Source: Gracilinanus agilis (Eukaryota). Taken from it: 64,000 nucleotides of DNA. The notes under the pieces are model-generated. The model was not told the DNA's origin. It searched no databases and was given only the letters and a program-made list of their open reading frames with translations. Positions 12,864-26,125 of this stretch are shown piece by piece. The position numbers were made by a program, and so were the translations under genes. The DNA lies in assembly GCF_016433145.1 (NCBI RefSeq), contig NC_058135.1, positions 243,036,932 through 243,100,931 of the forward strand, read 5' to 3'. Every line of letters begins with the position of its first letter. Position 1 is the stretch's first letter.

Positions 12864-14613
12864 GTGGGGAGATCATATCCCAAATTTATGGGGAAATGTT
12901 TTATTGATACTTTCCTTTTTATGCTCTTTCACTGAATGCCTTTGATTTGAGCTAATACTGTCCTCCAGCTGCTCATCAGTAGGGGTTTATGCATAGTTTT
13001 AGTGGATGAAACTTGGTGGATTGAACTTGGATTGCCTTTCTTTGGTAAATTGCCCTGGGGGTTGAGTGGTGTCTTCCAGGTGAGGTATACACAGCACTTT
13101 ATTTTTTGGAAACCAAAAAATTTAAAGTTCCATTATTATAGCAACATAAAAATATTTAATCAATCAACAATCATTTATAAAGCACCCACTATGTGTCAGA
13201 TTCTGTGATAATACATAGAAACAAAAAAAAAGTCTGCTTCCAATGAGCTTACAACATATAAGAGATAGCACATATACATATAAGTAGTTTCAAGATGTAT
13301 ACAAAGAAAATACAAGATAAATACCAGGTAATTTGAGGGATAAGCACCAAAAGATGGGAGAATCAGAACTGAACTTTGATTAAAGGCAAGGATTTCAAAG
13401 ATGAAGATGAAGAGGCAACGTATTCTAGACATGGGTGACAAGTTCTACAGAGACACAGGGATGGAATGTGGAGAGTTGTATATGAAGGACAGAAAACAGG
13501 CCATGGTAGCTGGACTCCTACATGAATAGGAGTAATGTGTGATTAGTCTGGTGTCTAGTTAGAAATTCTTGAACCTTTGGACTCCATCTCCCAGAATTCT
13601 TTCCTCATCCCCAAATCCCTTTTCCCTTTTTGTTTACATGCATCTTTATAGTATTGTTTATATAGTTCTATAACTCCTCTTTCTCTCTCTCTCTCTCTCT
13701 TTTTCTGTGTTGCATGGCTGGGAAAGCATTCTTTTTACTCTAGTTTTTTATGTTAGTCATTATGAATAAATCTTGTTAAATATAATATTTTGAAGATATT
13801 GTATATTAATTTTGAAGTTTACACTGGAAAGGTAGGATAGAGCCAAATTGTGAAGGGCTTCAAATACAAATAGAGGAGATTCAAATACAAATAGAGAGTA
13901 TTTGAGGTCATGAGGCAATGAGGAGATACTGAAAATCTTGAGCAGGGGAGTACCAATATCTGACATGCAAGTTAGAAATACAGCTTTGGCAGCATATGAA
14001 TTGAAGCGAGGTGAGACAGATTAGAAGGCTATTTCATTTTGGTCCAGGTGAGAGGTTTATAAGGACCTGAACTAGGGTGGTGCCATTGGAGTGGATAGAA
14101 TGTGATACACTGGAGAAGCTTCATAAAGGGCTTATGATACTTGACAACTACTTGGATAATGGGGATGATGGAGAGTCAGAGATTACTAGGTGACTACATG
14201 GAAGATAATACCTTTCTTGTGCTAATATTCAAAGACACACAAGAAAGATGTCTACCTCCAATGACCTTACAGTATTAGGAGGAGACTATATATATATATA
14301 TATNTTCATGATAGAGACCAGTAATTTCATGTATAATCCTTTTAAAAATTCCATTTAATTAACTGATGTGAATTGACATTTAAATGCTTATCTTTAAAAG
14401 TGTTGATTAAATAAGAAAAATACTCACACTACTCTATTTTGAGACTTCATGGGTCTTCAGACTTGGGGAGCCCTCTCCCAAATCCTTTCTCAGTGATTTA
14501 TTTGGCGCCCCATGTAGAGCTCTTGTTGCAACATATTCAAACATATCTCACACCTACATTTCCACAGATAATAATTTACTCAGTTATGTTATCAGCACTT
14601 AGGATAACTAAAG

Positions 14614-14694
14614 CTACATATACAAACATAAGGTACATATATAAATGTACATATATATGTATATATATGTATATATACATATAAGTAGATACAA

Positions 14695-14726
<32 letters not shown>

Positions 14727-14740
14727 CATAAGTATATACA
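14614..14740. repeat. Compound (TA)n/(TATG) low-complexity repeat
   Basis: Direct reading. Confidence 0.9.
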
Positions 14741-17415
14741 CTCCTAACCAAGATAGGAAAGTTTTAAATATCATCTTGAAATTCAAATGCTTGTTTGTAA
14801 CTTAGAGACTTAAAATGGGTCTATTTTTGCTTTAGTGTTTGATTTAAGGCTGTGACTGTTTTTCTGATATGTTGAAGATAAATTCTTGTTCAGATATGGG
14901 TTTGTGTCTCTGTGGTTCTTACCAACCCTGATAATCTTTGCTTTTTGGACTGAAGCATTATTTTTTTTAAATAAAAAAGCAAAGAAACAGAATTGCTTCT
15001 AAATCAGGTGATTTTTTTTCAGTCCCACAGCTTGAATGTCAGTCATTGTTTTGAAAGGGGGGGTGGAAGTAGGGGAAAAGGATTGGTTTAAGCAATGACA
15101 ATAGGGTATATGTGAGGCATTTTGAGTTTGAGGTGATTAAGGGACATTCATTTGGAAATGTCTGACAAACTGACACTTGGTTACACAGACCTAGTTCTAA
15201 CTCAGGAGATATACTAGGATTGTACATATAGATATGCATAGAGTTGAGACAAACAGTAATTGAGAGATAACCAGAGGCAGAGGTAGAGATAGAGACAGAG
15301 AAGAGAGAGAGACAAAGACAAAGATAGGGAAAGGCAGAGCAATAGAGATAAGAGATAAGTAGAGAAAGACAGAGACTTAGAGTTTATCCACAGTTAAGGG
15401 TCAAGAATTTTCCAGGAAAAAGATACAGAGAATTTTTTGTTTATTTATTTTATTGAGTAATGAATCTAACAGCAGAAGCTCACTTTTATAATGTGCTTTA
15501 CAATTACCAAAATGCTTTACACACAACAAGCCTCTGAGGTAGGTAGTACAGTAGAATTATCGTCCTCGTTAGACAAATGTAGAAACTAAGGATCCAAGAA
15601 GTTAATGTCTTCTCCACGGTGTCAAATCCTAGAAGAAAGCCCAGGTTTTCTGAGTCTGAATCCAGAGCTCTTGTCACACTATTACAATGTTTCTAAAAAT
15701 TATATTATGACTGTAATTATCTCTAACCTATACATTGTAATGCATAAAACCACCTATACTACTCAAAGTAATGTATAACATTAGTAATTTACAGATGCTA
15801 AAACATTTAAACAAAACTGATTTGAGAATTCAGCCTTTCAGATTTTCACCTTTTAATCCAATTGACTGCATACAAGGTCCCTTTATTAGGATACCAATAA
15901 CATGCAAAGTACAATAGTTCACCCCCTCCCAACATACACATGCAACTGCACCCTATCAGCTAACTTAAAAAAGGAAAATATTCCTGGAGGTTTGTCTAGC
16001 TAGTTTAACAAGACAAAATGAAGTAGAGAATTAAGGTCATTATCCAGTTAACTTGGGCTCTTTCCTATTTCTCCCTCTCTGTATTTCATGTGTTTGGGGG
16101 CTCTGACATTTTGGAGCATCTTTGATTTCATGAGTGTGAGTATTCTACATCGTTGCCACTTGCCTCCTCCATATTTCTCATACTGAACAATTGTTACCTA
16201 TATATTTCTCAAAGTCCTCTGTAGAGCATCAGAGTTCTTTCCTCATTTCCGTCTCTTTGCTCCTTAATTTTCAGCTTTTGCCTATTTCTGACAGGAAACT
16301 TGCTTTCCCTCTTCTCCCTTAACATTGCTTCCTACTCTCTGTGTCTCATCAGGAAACAAACCAAATCAAACCTAAAAAAGCTTCTTAATTATGACTGAAT
16401 TTATACTAAAAATAGGAACGATCTTCCTGCCCTGCTTCTGTATTTACTAAGAAGAAAACTGTGTTTTTTCCAGTGAACTTAGCCATGAAATATTTAAAGA
16501 TCATAAACCTCCAAAGACATTAAAAGGTACACAGAAATCTCAAACATTATCATACAAAAATATCCATCAACTTTCTCATCTTTTAATTTAGTATATTTTA
16601 ATATACGTAGTCAAGCATTTCAAATAAATTCTTATTTAACTATATTACATTTCTAGTTTGTCTAATCATATATATTGCAATAGTATCGTTTTCTACTGTT
16701 TTTCACTGACAACATATAATATTAATAATGCATTATGGGATAACAAAGTATTTCATCACCCAGCCTAAGAATTGAAATACAATGTTTAATAATGCTCCTA
16801 GGGGAAAAACTCCCAATGTAATGTTAATTGTAAGTGACTGAATCACGGATAAAATTTTGGAACAAACTGGTTGTAAATTGAAAAATGTTTGTCATAAGAA
16901 TTCCAATTTGGTATGGTCGAAAGAGCACTGGTGTAGAAATTAGGTTACCTCTATTGTGATCCCAACTACCATTTAGCTGTGTGACTTTGGTAAGTCACTT
17001 TACATCTTGGTGACTCAATTTTCTCTTCTAAATAAGGAGGTCCTACTAGATGCAAACCCTTGATGGCTGTGTGATCCCTAATAATTCAAAATGGTTGGAC
17101 TTAACTATGCTACATAGAAAAAACCAATTGCATTAAGATTGTCTATTGTCCAGACCATAATATGTGATTGGATGGAGAGTTCATAGAGCTGATTACTTTC
17201 GTTAAATTAAATTTAAATTCATTTGCACGTGTTTATTAAGCATCTACTATGGATAAGGTACTGTCTAATATGTATTTTATACATAAACTATAGATAGAAG
17301 ATACATAAAGCTCAGAATCCAGAAGAAAGTGGATAGTAAGCTGTATTGCATTTAAGAAATTGGCTGATACTTCTAATGGCCCCTAATCTTTCTCTAAAAG
17401 AAAAATCTACTTTAT

Positions 17416-17635
17416 TTTTTTAATTAAAAAAAAATTTTTTTTAAATCCTTACCTTCTGTCTTGGAATGAATACTGGGTATTGGTTCCAAGGCAGAAGAGT
17501 GGTAAGGGTAGGCAATGGGGGTCAAGTGACTTGCCCAGGGTCACACAACTGAGAAGTGTCTGAGGTCAGTTTTGAACCTAGGACCTCCCATCTCTAGGTC
17601 TGGCTCTCAATCCACTGAGCTACCCAGCTGCCCCC
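17416..17635 (-). mobile_element. Young opossum tRNA-derived SINE (SINE1_Mdo type)
   Basis: Minus strand starts GGGGGCAGCTGGGTAGCTCAGTGGATTGAGAGCC. AT-rich tail at 17416-17444. A 15-bp TSD AAAAATCTACTTTAT sits at 17401-17415 and 17636-17650. Confidence 0.92.
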
Positions 17636-18416
17636 AAAAATCTACTTTATTAACACCAATCTTCTTCCAGTGATTGTATGTTATTGTGATTCATGGAAGA
17701 CCACTATATGAAAAATTCAAATTGTACGTCAACCAAAGAGCAATAGAAAGGTTCATGGTGGACCAAAATAGGCAGTCAACAAAAATTACATTTGAGAAAT
17801 AGCTTAAAAGATTTTAAATGAGATGTAAAAATGAGAAAGGAATAGTGAGAGGCATAAATCAATAGAGCAAGGGATAACATCAGAAAAGCCTTCATGTAGA
17901 TCTATGTAATCTTAGATCTAAAAAGCAACCTTTTAGCACAAAGGGTGCATTTCCTATGAAAGATTTGTGAGAAGATACGGACAGGAGTTACACAGACCTA
18001 GAGACCAGAGGTTCTGGATTCTATTCTGGCTATCTATTTTTAATAAGAAATAAAAGGTATTATATTTGTTTCCTCCAAACCTTTGAGTCTTTTGAAGAGA
18101 AGAGGTTATCTATGTAATTGAAAAGGCTACTTGTTGCAGAATCAAAGGTCTTGTTATTTTGGTTGCTGAGGTACAAGTACCACTGGTCCTCTTATTTCTT
18201 AGCAATTGCTCTGCAAATTTCCCATCAAACATTTTTAGGAGCTACTAAGTGCAAAGAATAGTACTAAGTGCTGGGGATACAAATCTAAAAATGAAACCTT
18301 CCTGGTCTCTAGGAGCTTACATCCAACTAGGGTCACCGTGTCCATTAAATCTATTATGTAGACCTACTTTCTCCACACGCTTTTCTGTCCCACTATTTTA
18401 GCCTGACAGAATGCAT

Positions 18417-19358
18417 TCACTGTGACCTTTTCCCCTCCAGGAATTTTTTCAGGGTATCCTTCACTTCTGTATTCCTGAGGCTATAGATCAGTGGGTTTAG
18501 CATAGGAATGACAAGGCTATAAAACACAGAAACCACTTTGTTGTATTTCCAGGAATTTCCTGCTTTTGGTTGCCGGAGGTACATGAAGAAGAGAGTCCCA
18601 TAGAATATGATGACCACTGTCAGGTGGGAGGCACAGGTGGAGAAGGCTTTGCACTTACCCTCAGAGGAACGGATCTTCAGGATGGAAACCAGGATGCAAA
18701 TATAGGAAACAAGAACGGTCAGAAGGGAACTAGTGAGATTCAGAGCAGAGAAGATCAAGAGCTGTTTCTCCTTAGAGTGAGTATCTGAGCAGGACAGTGC
18801 CAGGAGTGGAGGGTCTGCGCAGTAGAAGTGATGGATAATGTTGGAATCACAGAAGGATAACTGGAAAGTTAGAATAGTCTGTATGACTGAGTTCAGGAAA
18901 CCATAGGTATATACACCAATCACCAGCTCACTGCAGACCCTTTTGGTCATAATGGCTGTGTAAATCAGAGGGTTGCAAATAGCCATGTAACGGTCATAGG
19001 CCATAGTAGCCAAGAGGAAACACTCTGTTGTGGCAAAAGCACTCGAGAAGTACAGCTGTGCGAAGCATCCAGAGAAGGAAATCGTTTTCTTCTTCACTAT
19101 TAAATTTTGTAGCATCTTGGGCCCAATGGAAGATGAGTAACAGAGATCAATGAAGGCGAGGTGGCTAAGAAAATAATACATGGGAACATGAAGTCTTGAA
19201 TCAAGCTTGATTAGGAGGATCATTCCAAGGTTTCCAATGAGAGTGATAAGGTAAATCGCTAGGAACACTACAAAGAGGGGAACCTGAAGCTCTGGACGAT
19301 CTGTGAATCCCATGAGGACAAATTCTGTCACAGTGGTGGTACGATTTCCTTGGGCCAT
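18417..19358 (-). CDS. OR5E1-like: Intact class II olfactory receptor, 313 aa, family 5; OR5E1/Olfr513-like (subfamily tentative)
   Basis: OR motifs: N-glycosylation [46 protein letters not shown]. Subfamily call rests on recalled similarity and adjacency to OR5P genes, as in human 11p15.4 and mouse chr7. Confidence 0.95.
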   Translation of the reverse strand: MAQGNRTTTVTEFVLMGFTDRPELQVPLFVVFLAIYLITLIGNLGMILLIKLDSRLHVPMYYFLSHLAFIDLCYSSSIGPKMLQNLIVKKKTISFSGCFAQLYFSSAFATTECFLLATMAYDRYMAICNPLIYTAIMTKRVCSELVIGVYTYGFLNSVIQTILTFQLSFCDSNIIHHFYCADPPLLALSCSDTHSKEKQLLIFSALNLTSSLLTVLVSYICILVSILKIRSSEGKCKAFSTCASHLTVVIIFYGTLFFMYLRQPKAGNSWKYNKVVSVFYSLVIPMLNPLIYSLRNTEVKDTLKKFLEGKRSQ

Positions 19359-19378
19359 TTTTTTTCCAGAACTTTTTT

Positions 19379-19405
19379 CTATTGCCCAAAAAGAAAGAAT
19401 TTATC
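19379..19405 (-). promoter_or_regulatory. Candidate splice acceptor for the coding exon of the 18417-19358 OR
   Basis: Minus strand TTCTTTCTTTTTGGGCAATAG ends 20 nt before the ATG, typical of OR 5'UTR introns. Confidence 0.55.
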
Positions 19406-19595
19406 TTTAAATATATTCTACCAGATGGCAAAAGATGTGAAAAAAGGCTTACTTTTTTGTGCTATATCAATGGTAAAAGCTAAAGTTTGAAAAACAGCTC
19501 CACCATCCCTTAATCCCAAAACTCATTCTTCAATTGTAGGAACTAGAAGAGGGAAGCCATAGTCAGAGACTTGTCTAAAGCACTGAGAATTTAAA

Positions 19596-19649
<54 letters not shown>
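19596..19649. repeat. (TATC)n microsatellite
   Basis: Direct reading. Confidence 0.97.
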
Positions 19650-19670
19650 CATATCTTGTCCTCATGTTCT

Positions 19671-20972
19671 TACTGGACTGTAAGATCCTAAGGAATAGGA
19701 CACGATATCATAAAAAAAAAAAACAAAAAAAACAAAAAAAAACCCTTCTATATCTCCTTCAGAAGACAACACAAAGCCTTTCAAATATCAGGTAGATGAT
19801 TGCAAAATGTTGATTGAATTGAATTTAAATTTGCTCAGGCTCATATAGCCTGGTTGTGTCAGAAGCAGGATTTTTAGCCCACATCTTCTTGGAACCAGGC
19901 TACATCTCAATGCAATATACCACATTTTGCCTATATATTCTTCTGAAAAGTTTACTTGTTTCTGTTCCTTCAATGCACTCATCATGTGCTGCCAAAGAAA
20001 TTTTCTTAATACATAGATCAGAGATCAGAACATATCACTCCCTAATAAAAAATCTTTACTAGGTTTCTATTGCTAACTGAAGAAAACACAAATGTTGTAA
20101 CTAAGGGCAGAATCTGTCCATAATCTTTCTCTAATTTACATTTCCAGTTTAACTTCATACTACCCTTCTTTGTCCTAAATTAGATTACTTACCACTTGCC
20201 AAGATTATCTTGTCCTCTCCTATATCTGTGTATATATATACAATGTATTAGCTATATCTGGAATAGACTCTTTTCTCATCTCTACCCTGTGAAAATCTGT
20301 TATTTGTTCAGGGACTAGATCAAGTGCCATTTCCTCTTAGAAGTCCTCCCTGATTCCCCAATTTCTCAAGCCATTCTGTTTGGCTCATCCTATATTCCCT
20401 GTATTTATATCAGAATTAATAACTCATATTTATATGGGTCATACAAATCACTTTCTTCACAACACTATGAGGTAAGTAATAGAAATAAATATTATTCCTA
20501 TTCTTCAGATGAAGAAGCTGAGACACAAAAGGACCAAGTAATTTGCCCAAAGTTCCATAACTAGTGAGTTTTATTGCTAAGGGCTTCTTTCTTCAAGATC
20601 AATGTTGCTGCTGCTTCTCTTATGCACTTAANNNNNNNNNNNNNNNNNNNNNNNNNNNNNNNNNNNNNNNNNNNNNNNNNNNNNNNNNNNNNNNNNNNNN
20701 NNNNNNNNNNNNNNNNNNNNNNNNNNNNNNNNNNNNNNNNNNNNNNNNNNNNNNNNNNNNNNNNNNNNNNNNNNNNNNNNNNNNNNNNNNNNNNNNNNNN
20801 NNNNNNNNNNNNNNNNNNNNNNNNNNNNNNNNNTACTGGACTGTAAGATCCTAAGGAATAGGACACAATATCATAAAAAAAAACCTTTTATATCTCCTTC
20901 AGAAGACAACACAAAGCCTTTCAAATATCAGGTAGATGATTGTAAAATGTTGATTGAATTGAATTTAAATTT
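19671..20972 (+). repeat. About 140-160 bp direct repeat (19671-19832 and 20834-20972) flanking an assembly gap
   Basis: Both copies run TACTGGACTGTAAGATCCTAAGG...GAATTGAATTTAAATTT. They differ in the poly-A tract and a few substitutions. Confidence 0.9.
20632..20833. other. Assembly gap (N run)
   Basis: 202 N. Confidence 1.
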
Positions 20973-23900
20973 TTTCCTGAGAAAGAGTAATTTTGTTTTT
21001 GCTAGCTATTTATAATTATAATTTTACTACTAGAGGGAGGCTTTATTTACAAGTTTCATTCAAAATAGGCACAGAAAGCAGCTTAAGAGTTTCTAAGCAT
21101 ATATTGGCAAAAATTCTGGACCATGAGAAATGGAGAAAAATCTCTCGATTGTATAATAGGAAACAGGAAATATCTTTCTAAATAACCTTAGGCAACTACT
21201 CTTCAGGCACGTGTTGTTTATGGTTAATGGAACTTGGTTTTGTTTTATTATTGTTCTTTTATACTAATACCTTTTCTTAAAAAAAAAGAGATATTCAGAG
21301 TCTTTGAAATGAAAGATTTTATTTTGTATAATGTTCTTTAAGTATTTTTCCTCATTGTATATATTATTTGTTTTATACCATTGAAATCCAAGAAAATGAG
21401 ATAGCTTGACATGGTAGACAGAATGTCAAGTTTAGAGTCAGGAAGATCAAGCTTCAAATCCAACCTCTACTGATTGCTTAAGTTGTGAGTCTAGGGAAGT
21501 CATTTCACCTCTCTGCAATGTAAGTAACTTCCTTCGATTTTTCAACTATATTATATATGTTTTCTATAATATAAGCCAAATCATTTCCCTTTCCTCATAG
21601 GCATGCTGCTGCATAATGTATTTCTTTCAGAATTATAGCTGTTCAGAATGTGTATCTCTGTTCTTTGGCACTTATATTAAAAATATATTTTAATATAATA
21701 TAAATAAACTTGGAGGCAAGGAGAATTTGACCAAATTGGTTAACTATATGCATGTGAAGCATGTGAAAATTGATAAAATTTCCATATCCATTTTAAAAAT
21801 TATTTTTTCAATCAATCAGTCAGTCATCCAATATTTGCCGACTTCCTTCTGCCATTTACTAGCTGTGTGATCTGGAGCTAGTCAACTTCTGTGAGCTTCA
21901 ATTTAGTTCTCTGAAAAATGGAGATAATATTAGCACAATCTACTTCATAAGGCTGTCATGAGGAAAATGCTTTGTGATATTAATTATGATAATGATGATT
22001 ATGGCAATTATTTTATTCGACCCAACATGAGATACTTCTTCCACAGAAAATATAGAAGAATTTCCAACCAACTTTTATTTTCTGGAAAACATCTGCCCAA
22101 ATTCAGTAGTAAACCCTCTTCACTGTTTATCTTGGTAGAGTATATTGATAATAAACGATTGCCTTCTTGGGGTGGAACTAGATCAAACTATGGATTCTAT
22201 GGCTAGAAACAACCACTTAATTTCTCTGAAACTCAATTTCCTCATCTGTAAAAAAAATTGAGGGTAATGAAATGATAGCACCTACCTCAAGGAATTCCTG
22301 TAAGGCTTAAGCCTTAAGATAATTTCTGCAAAGTGCCTTAGAGACTGTAAGAGACCTATAAAAACATAAGCTTTGATTTTTATCTCTTTTTGAAAATCAA
22401 CATTTTAAAGTTTCTAGAACACATCCTGATCATTTTTCTTTAATTGAATCCAAAGACACTCATTGCTGAGGTGTTTTCCTGTTTCTATTTAAATTCATTT
22501 TCTCATCATTAAATTTCTTCAGTGGCAAGATAACTGAATTTGGAGTAGGGGGTCTGAGTTGAAATTATGCCCTTGGCATTTTTGACCTGTATGACTTTGG
22601 ACAAGTCCTTTTACATTTCTGGGACTTTTTCTTCTCTTTAAAATGAGGAGGTTAGCTCGGATGGCCTCTGAGGACCTTTCCAGATCTGAATCTAGAATTC
22701 TATCCTTTATTCTTTCATTTCATGATTTTGCTTTTTTTTTAAATTCAAACTTTTCCAAGAAGAAAAACCACTAAGGGAAAATGTTGCCCAAGTATAAAGC
22801 TACGCTTACACTTTTAGACTTGGACTATCTAATAAATAGTGCTGAACTATTTATTTTAGTGCATTTGTTTAGAGTCATTGATCTCTGACTTCATAAATTT
22901 ATTCATCCTATTCATGAATCCTGTTGAGTTTCATATGATGATTATGCTCTAAGCTTCATTGAGTTGGCCAAACTAAAAGTATCATGTCCACTTCTCATGA
23001 ATCAAAAATGGCAAAGAGGAAAGTCTTATTCCCAGAGTCTTTTCTCTTTGTTCTTTCTCCAAAGGGAAGAATAGATTTTGCCTCTTCGTGGAATAATAAT
23101 AATTAACCTTTATATTGCACTTTTCAGTTTATCATGTACTCCCCTTACAATGATTATGCAAATTAGATAGTACAAGTATTAATATTCCCATTTAATGAAT
23201 AAGAAAGCTTAGAGAAGTGTAAATGCTGAGGGTCATACAAATCACTAAGTGTTATATCCAAGATATAAATCCTGACCTTCTGATTCCAAGTGCAGTGGAG
23301 TTATCCCATTATCCCAGTATTATCTCTGAAATAGGAACACTGACAAGAATGATAATACAAAAGTAACGAAAGTAATAATAATTTACATTTATTTAGGGAT
23401 TTACAGTTTACAAATTATAGAGAATCAGATGGTCAGAGCTACAATTCCAATTATTCTACTCATTTCTACCTTCTCTGAGAATCAATTTCCTCATTCTTAC
23501 ATTGAAGCCACCTCTATGGACCCATCTCACACTAGAAAGCTCTATGGACCTATAAGTGATTCTTGTCAAAAATGCCAATAACAGTTTTGTAATTCTCTTG
23601 CTTTTTTCTAGTTTTGAGAGAAGCAAAACTCATCCTAAATAGTGGCACCAAAGCCAAGTAGTCCTCTTGCTTTTAGGAAACACGAAACTAAAGTGTTTCT
23701 TTTTCCTAAGCTATAATTTTCTCTACCTGCATCAAGTTATAAGTACCATAAAAATGAATACAACTCACCAACCACCTATAGGAAGAAGGTTAGATAGGCT
23801 TCCCAGACTGCATTTAGCATGTCCACTTGGTGTAATTTCAACCAAACCAATTGGCTTCTTCATGTCTGAATGGAAAGCTTTATTTGTCCCTCACGCACAA

Positions 23901-24325
23901 GCAAGCCCTCGAGTATTTATAATGGCAAATGTATAATGAGTTTATTATTCCAGAACTTTCTCTCTACCAAGGGAACAGTTTATTAAGAGTTTGTGGGGGG
24001 TACTTTATATTTGCTTGAAAAGACCCCGAGGAATTGAAATCCCTGAATCATCTCCAGCTAGAGGCACGAAGCTAGTAGTAATACTTTTGCAACAGCATCC
24101 TAGCATCATTTGTGTACAGCCTTGGGACCTGAGTTAAAAAGACTTTAGTATAAGGTTACTTGTTCAGGCTCTTGAGGAAAAGAACTCTGAGCATAGTGTC
24201 ACTTGAGGGTGAACTCTCAATCCTGATGGAATAGTACATTTGGAATGGAAGCAAAGATCAAGAAACTTATTTTTCCATGACAAAGCCCAAACACACTCAT
24301 GGGCAGGAGTTTCCAGCCAGAGGTA

Positions 24326-24341
24326 TAATTGTCCCTAGGGT
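24326..24341 (+). promoter_or_regulatory. Adjacent homeodomain (TAATTG) and O/E-Ebf (TCCCTAGGGT) sites
   Basis: GGTATAATTGTCCCTAGGGTATA, about 5 kb upstream of the minus-strand OR at 19358. Confidence 0.4.
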
Positions 24342-24950
24342 ATAGGAGAAACTTGTCAAAAAGATCTTGTAACTAACTATTTGAAAAATACCCATATTAT
24401 TTTACTGGAAAATTTTAGATGGTTTGGACTGATTTTCAATCAATGAAGTTACAAAATTCTAGGTGTACCCTTAGAAGAAAAATATTTGGTTTCTTATTGG
24501 ATATGCTTGGTAAACTCAAGAATTTATTTTCTTTCACATCGAATAGAAGGTATAGGAAAGTTTATGGAAGAGCCAAGGATACAGGAGCTGAAAGAGATGG
24601 AAGTCTTGCTCTAAGCTGCCTTTATCAGATTGAAGAGGGCTGTGCACAATGGAAAGTATATATACAGGACTTTCAAAAATAATTTCATTTCCCCCAAAGT
24701 GAATATTTTGATTTTCAATGAAAAAAAGTTGTATTCTTGAACATTTATGAAAATTAAAGAAAAATCTAGAGAGGCAAATACACACATAACATACATGGTA
24801 TTTACATGTGTGAAAGAAGACCTCAGGTTTTGGTTGCAACATCACTGGTTCCAGCCTCAAATGGTCTTCCAAGTGAGCACCTGCCAATTCAAAAGTCACA
24901 TGGGAAGATATTGATTCCTACTAATGGCATGAAACCCACCTAAAAGGAAA

Positions 24951-25090
24951 AAAACCCTTATCTTCTGCCTTATCCTAAGGCAGAAGATTAGGCAATTGGG
25001 GTTAAATGACTTGCCCAGGGTCATATATCTAAGTATTGTCTAAGGCTAGATTTGAACCCAAGTCCTTCTGATTCCAGACCTGGCACTCTT
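24951..25090 (-). mobile_element. Marsupial SINE fragment (SINE1_Mdo/MAR-like)
   Basis: AAAACCCTTATCTTCTG...GGCAATTGGGGTTAAATGACTTGCCCAGGGTCA...GATTTGAACCCAAGTCC. Confidence 0.7.
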
Positions 25091-25967
25091 TCCAGAGATG
25101 GGTCTAATCAATAAGATCACAATAAGATATAGTAAATTGAATGGCCTTCTCATGTCACAAAAAAGAGAGAAAGGAAATAACTTTTATAAAATCCTAGAAA
25201 AAAGTTATTTTTGCTCAACCATAAGTCTATATTTATAGTACATCAAAATATGTATTCTTACTTGTGTTTTTTAGCAGAGTTTGCAAAAGAATCCGTAATG
25301 TGCACCACAAATAATCATTGTAAACTAAAACCTCAGATTTCCTTACCTCTGTCTGATGTGGGACACAAAGCTATAACAAGGATATTCCTTACATGTAGCC
25401 CCCCAAATTTATTTCTTGTCTGATTCCAATTATTAAAGAAACAGATTTTATCCTATTTTCACTTTTAGCAAAATATCAAATTAAGGAGCAAATAGAAGTT
25501 CACATTGCAAATGACCATTGTCAAAGTGCTCCAGGCACTGAGTAGACTTTCTTCCTTAAGGTCTGAGGCAATGATGTGAAGGTTTGGGGAGGGAGAGGAG
25601 AAGGAGACAAAGAAAAGAGAGAAAAAAGAGACAGACAAATAAAGACAGACAGACAGAGAAAGAGACCCTGGAGGGGGGAGTGAAAGAAGAAAAGAAAAGG
25701 GATAGAAGAAAGAGAATCTTTAAAGCATTTAATATTAAAGTGGAACTAGCAAAGCTTGTCTGTAATGTGTGCTAAAGAACAACAGAAAATATAATGTTCC
25801 TCGGTACAATATATATAGTATAGTAACTAGAGTGCTAGAATTGGAGTCAGGAGAACCCAAGTTTGACTGTCAACTCAAACATTTATAGGGAGAGTCTTTT
25901 TTTTTTTGTCTGTATTGCCCCAGCTTCTACCATATTGCTTGATTTATAGAAGGTGGTTAATTAATTC

Positions 25968-26125
25968 TTTTTTAAAAACTCTTACTTTCCATATTAAAAT
26001 CAATGCCAATATTAATAGCAAGATGGAAGGCTAGGCAATGGGGATTAAGTGACATCCCCAGGGTCTCACAGTTAAGAAGTATCTGAGGTCAGATTTGAAC
26101 CAAGGTCCAACCAACTAGCTGCCTC
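25968..26125 (-). mobile_element. Marsupial SINE (SINE1_Mdo-like, diverged)
   Basis: GGCTAGGCAATGGGGATTAAGTGACATCCCAGGGTCTCACAG...GATTTGAACC...CTAGCTGCCTC. Confidence 0.7.

Noticed and set aside
12726-12945. ORFs with CVCVCV or YIYI runs (also 14439-14786, 26426-26617, 52758-52976)
   Set aside because: Translations of microsatellites.
13859-13896. Short tandem duplications of about 20 bp (also 61558-61595)
   Set aside because: Ordinary slippage duplications inside old repeats.
18570-18788. Antisense ORFs over OR TM5-TM6 (also 51796-52032 and 62254-62490)
   Set aside because: Common by-product of hydrophobic codon usage. Their similarity to each other just mirrors the sense-strand paralogy.
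20561-20866. ORFs spanning N runs (also 41577-42074)
   Set aside because: Artefacts of assembly gaps.
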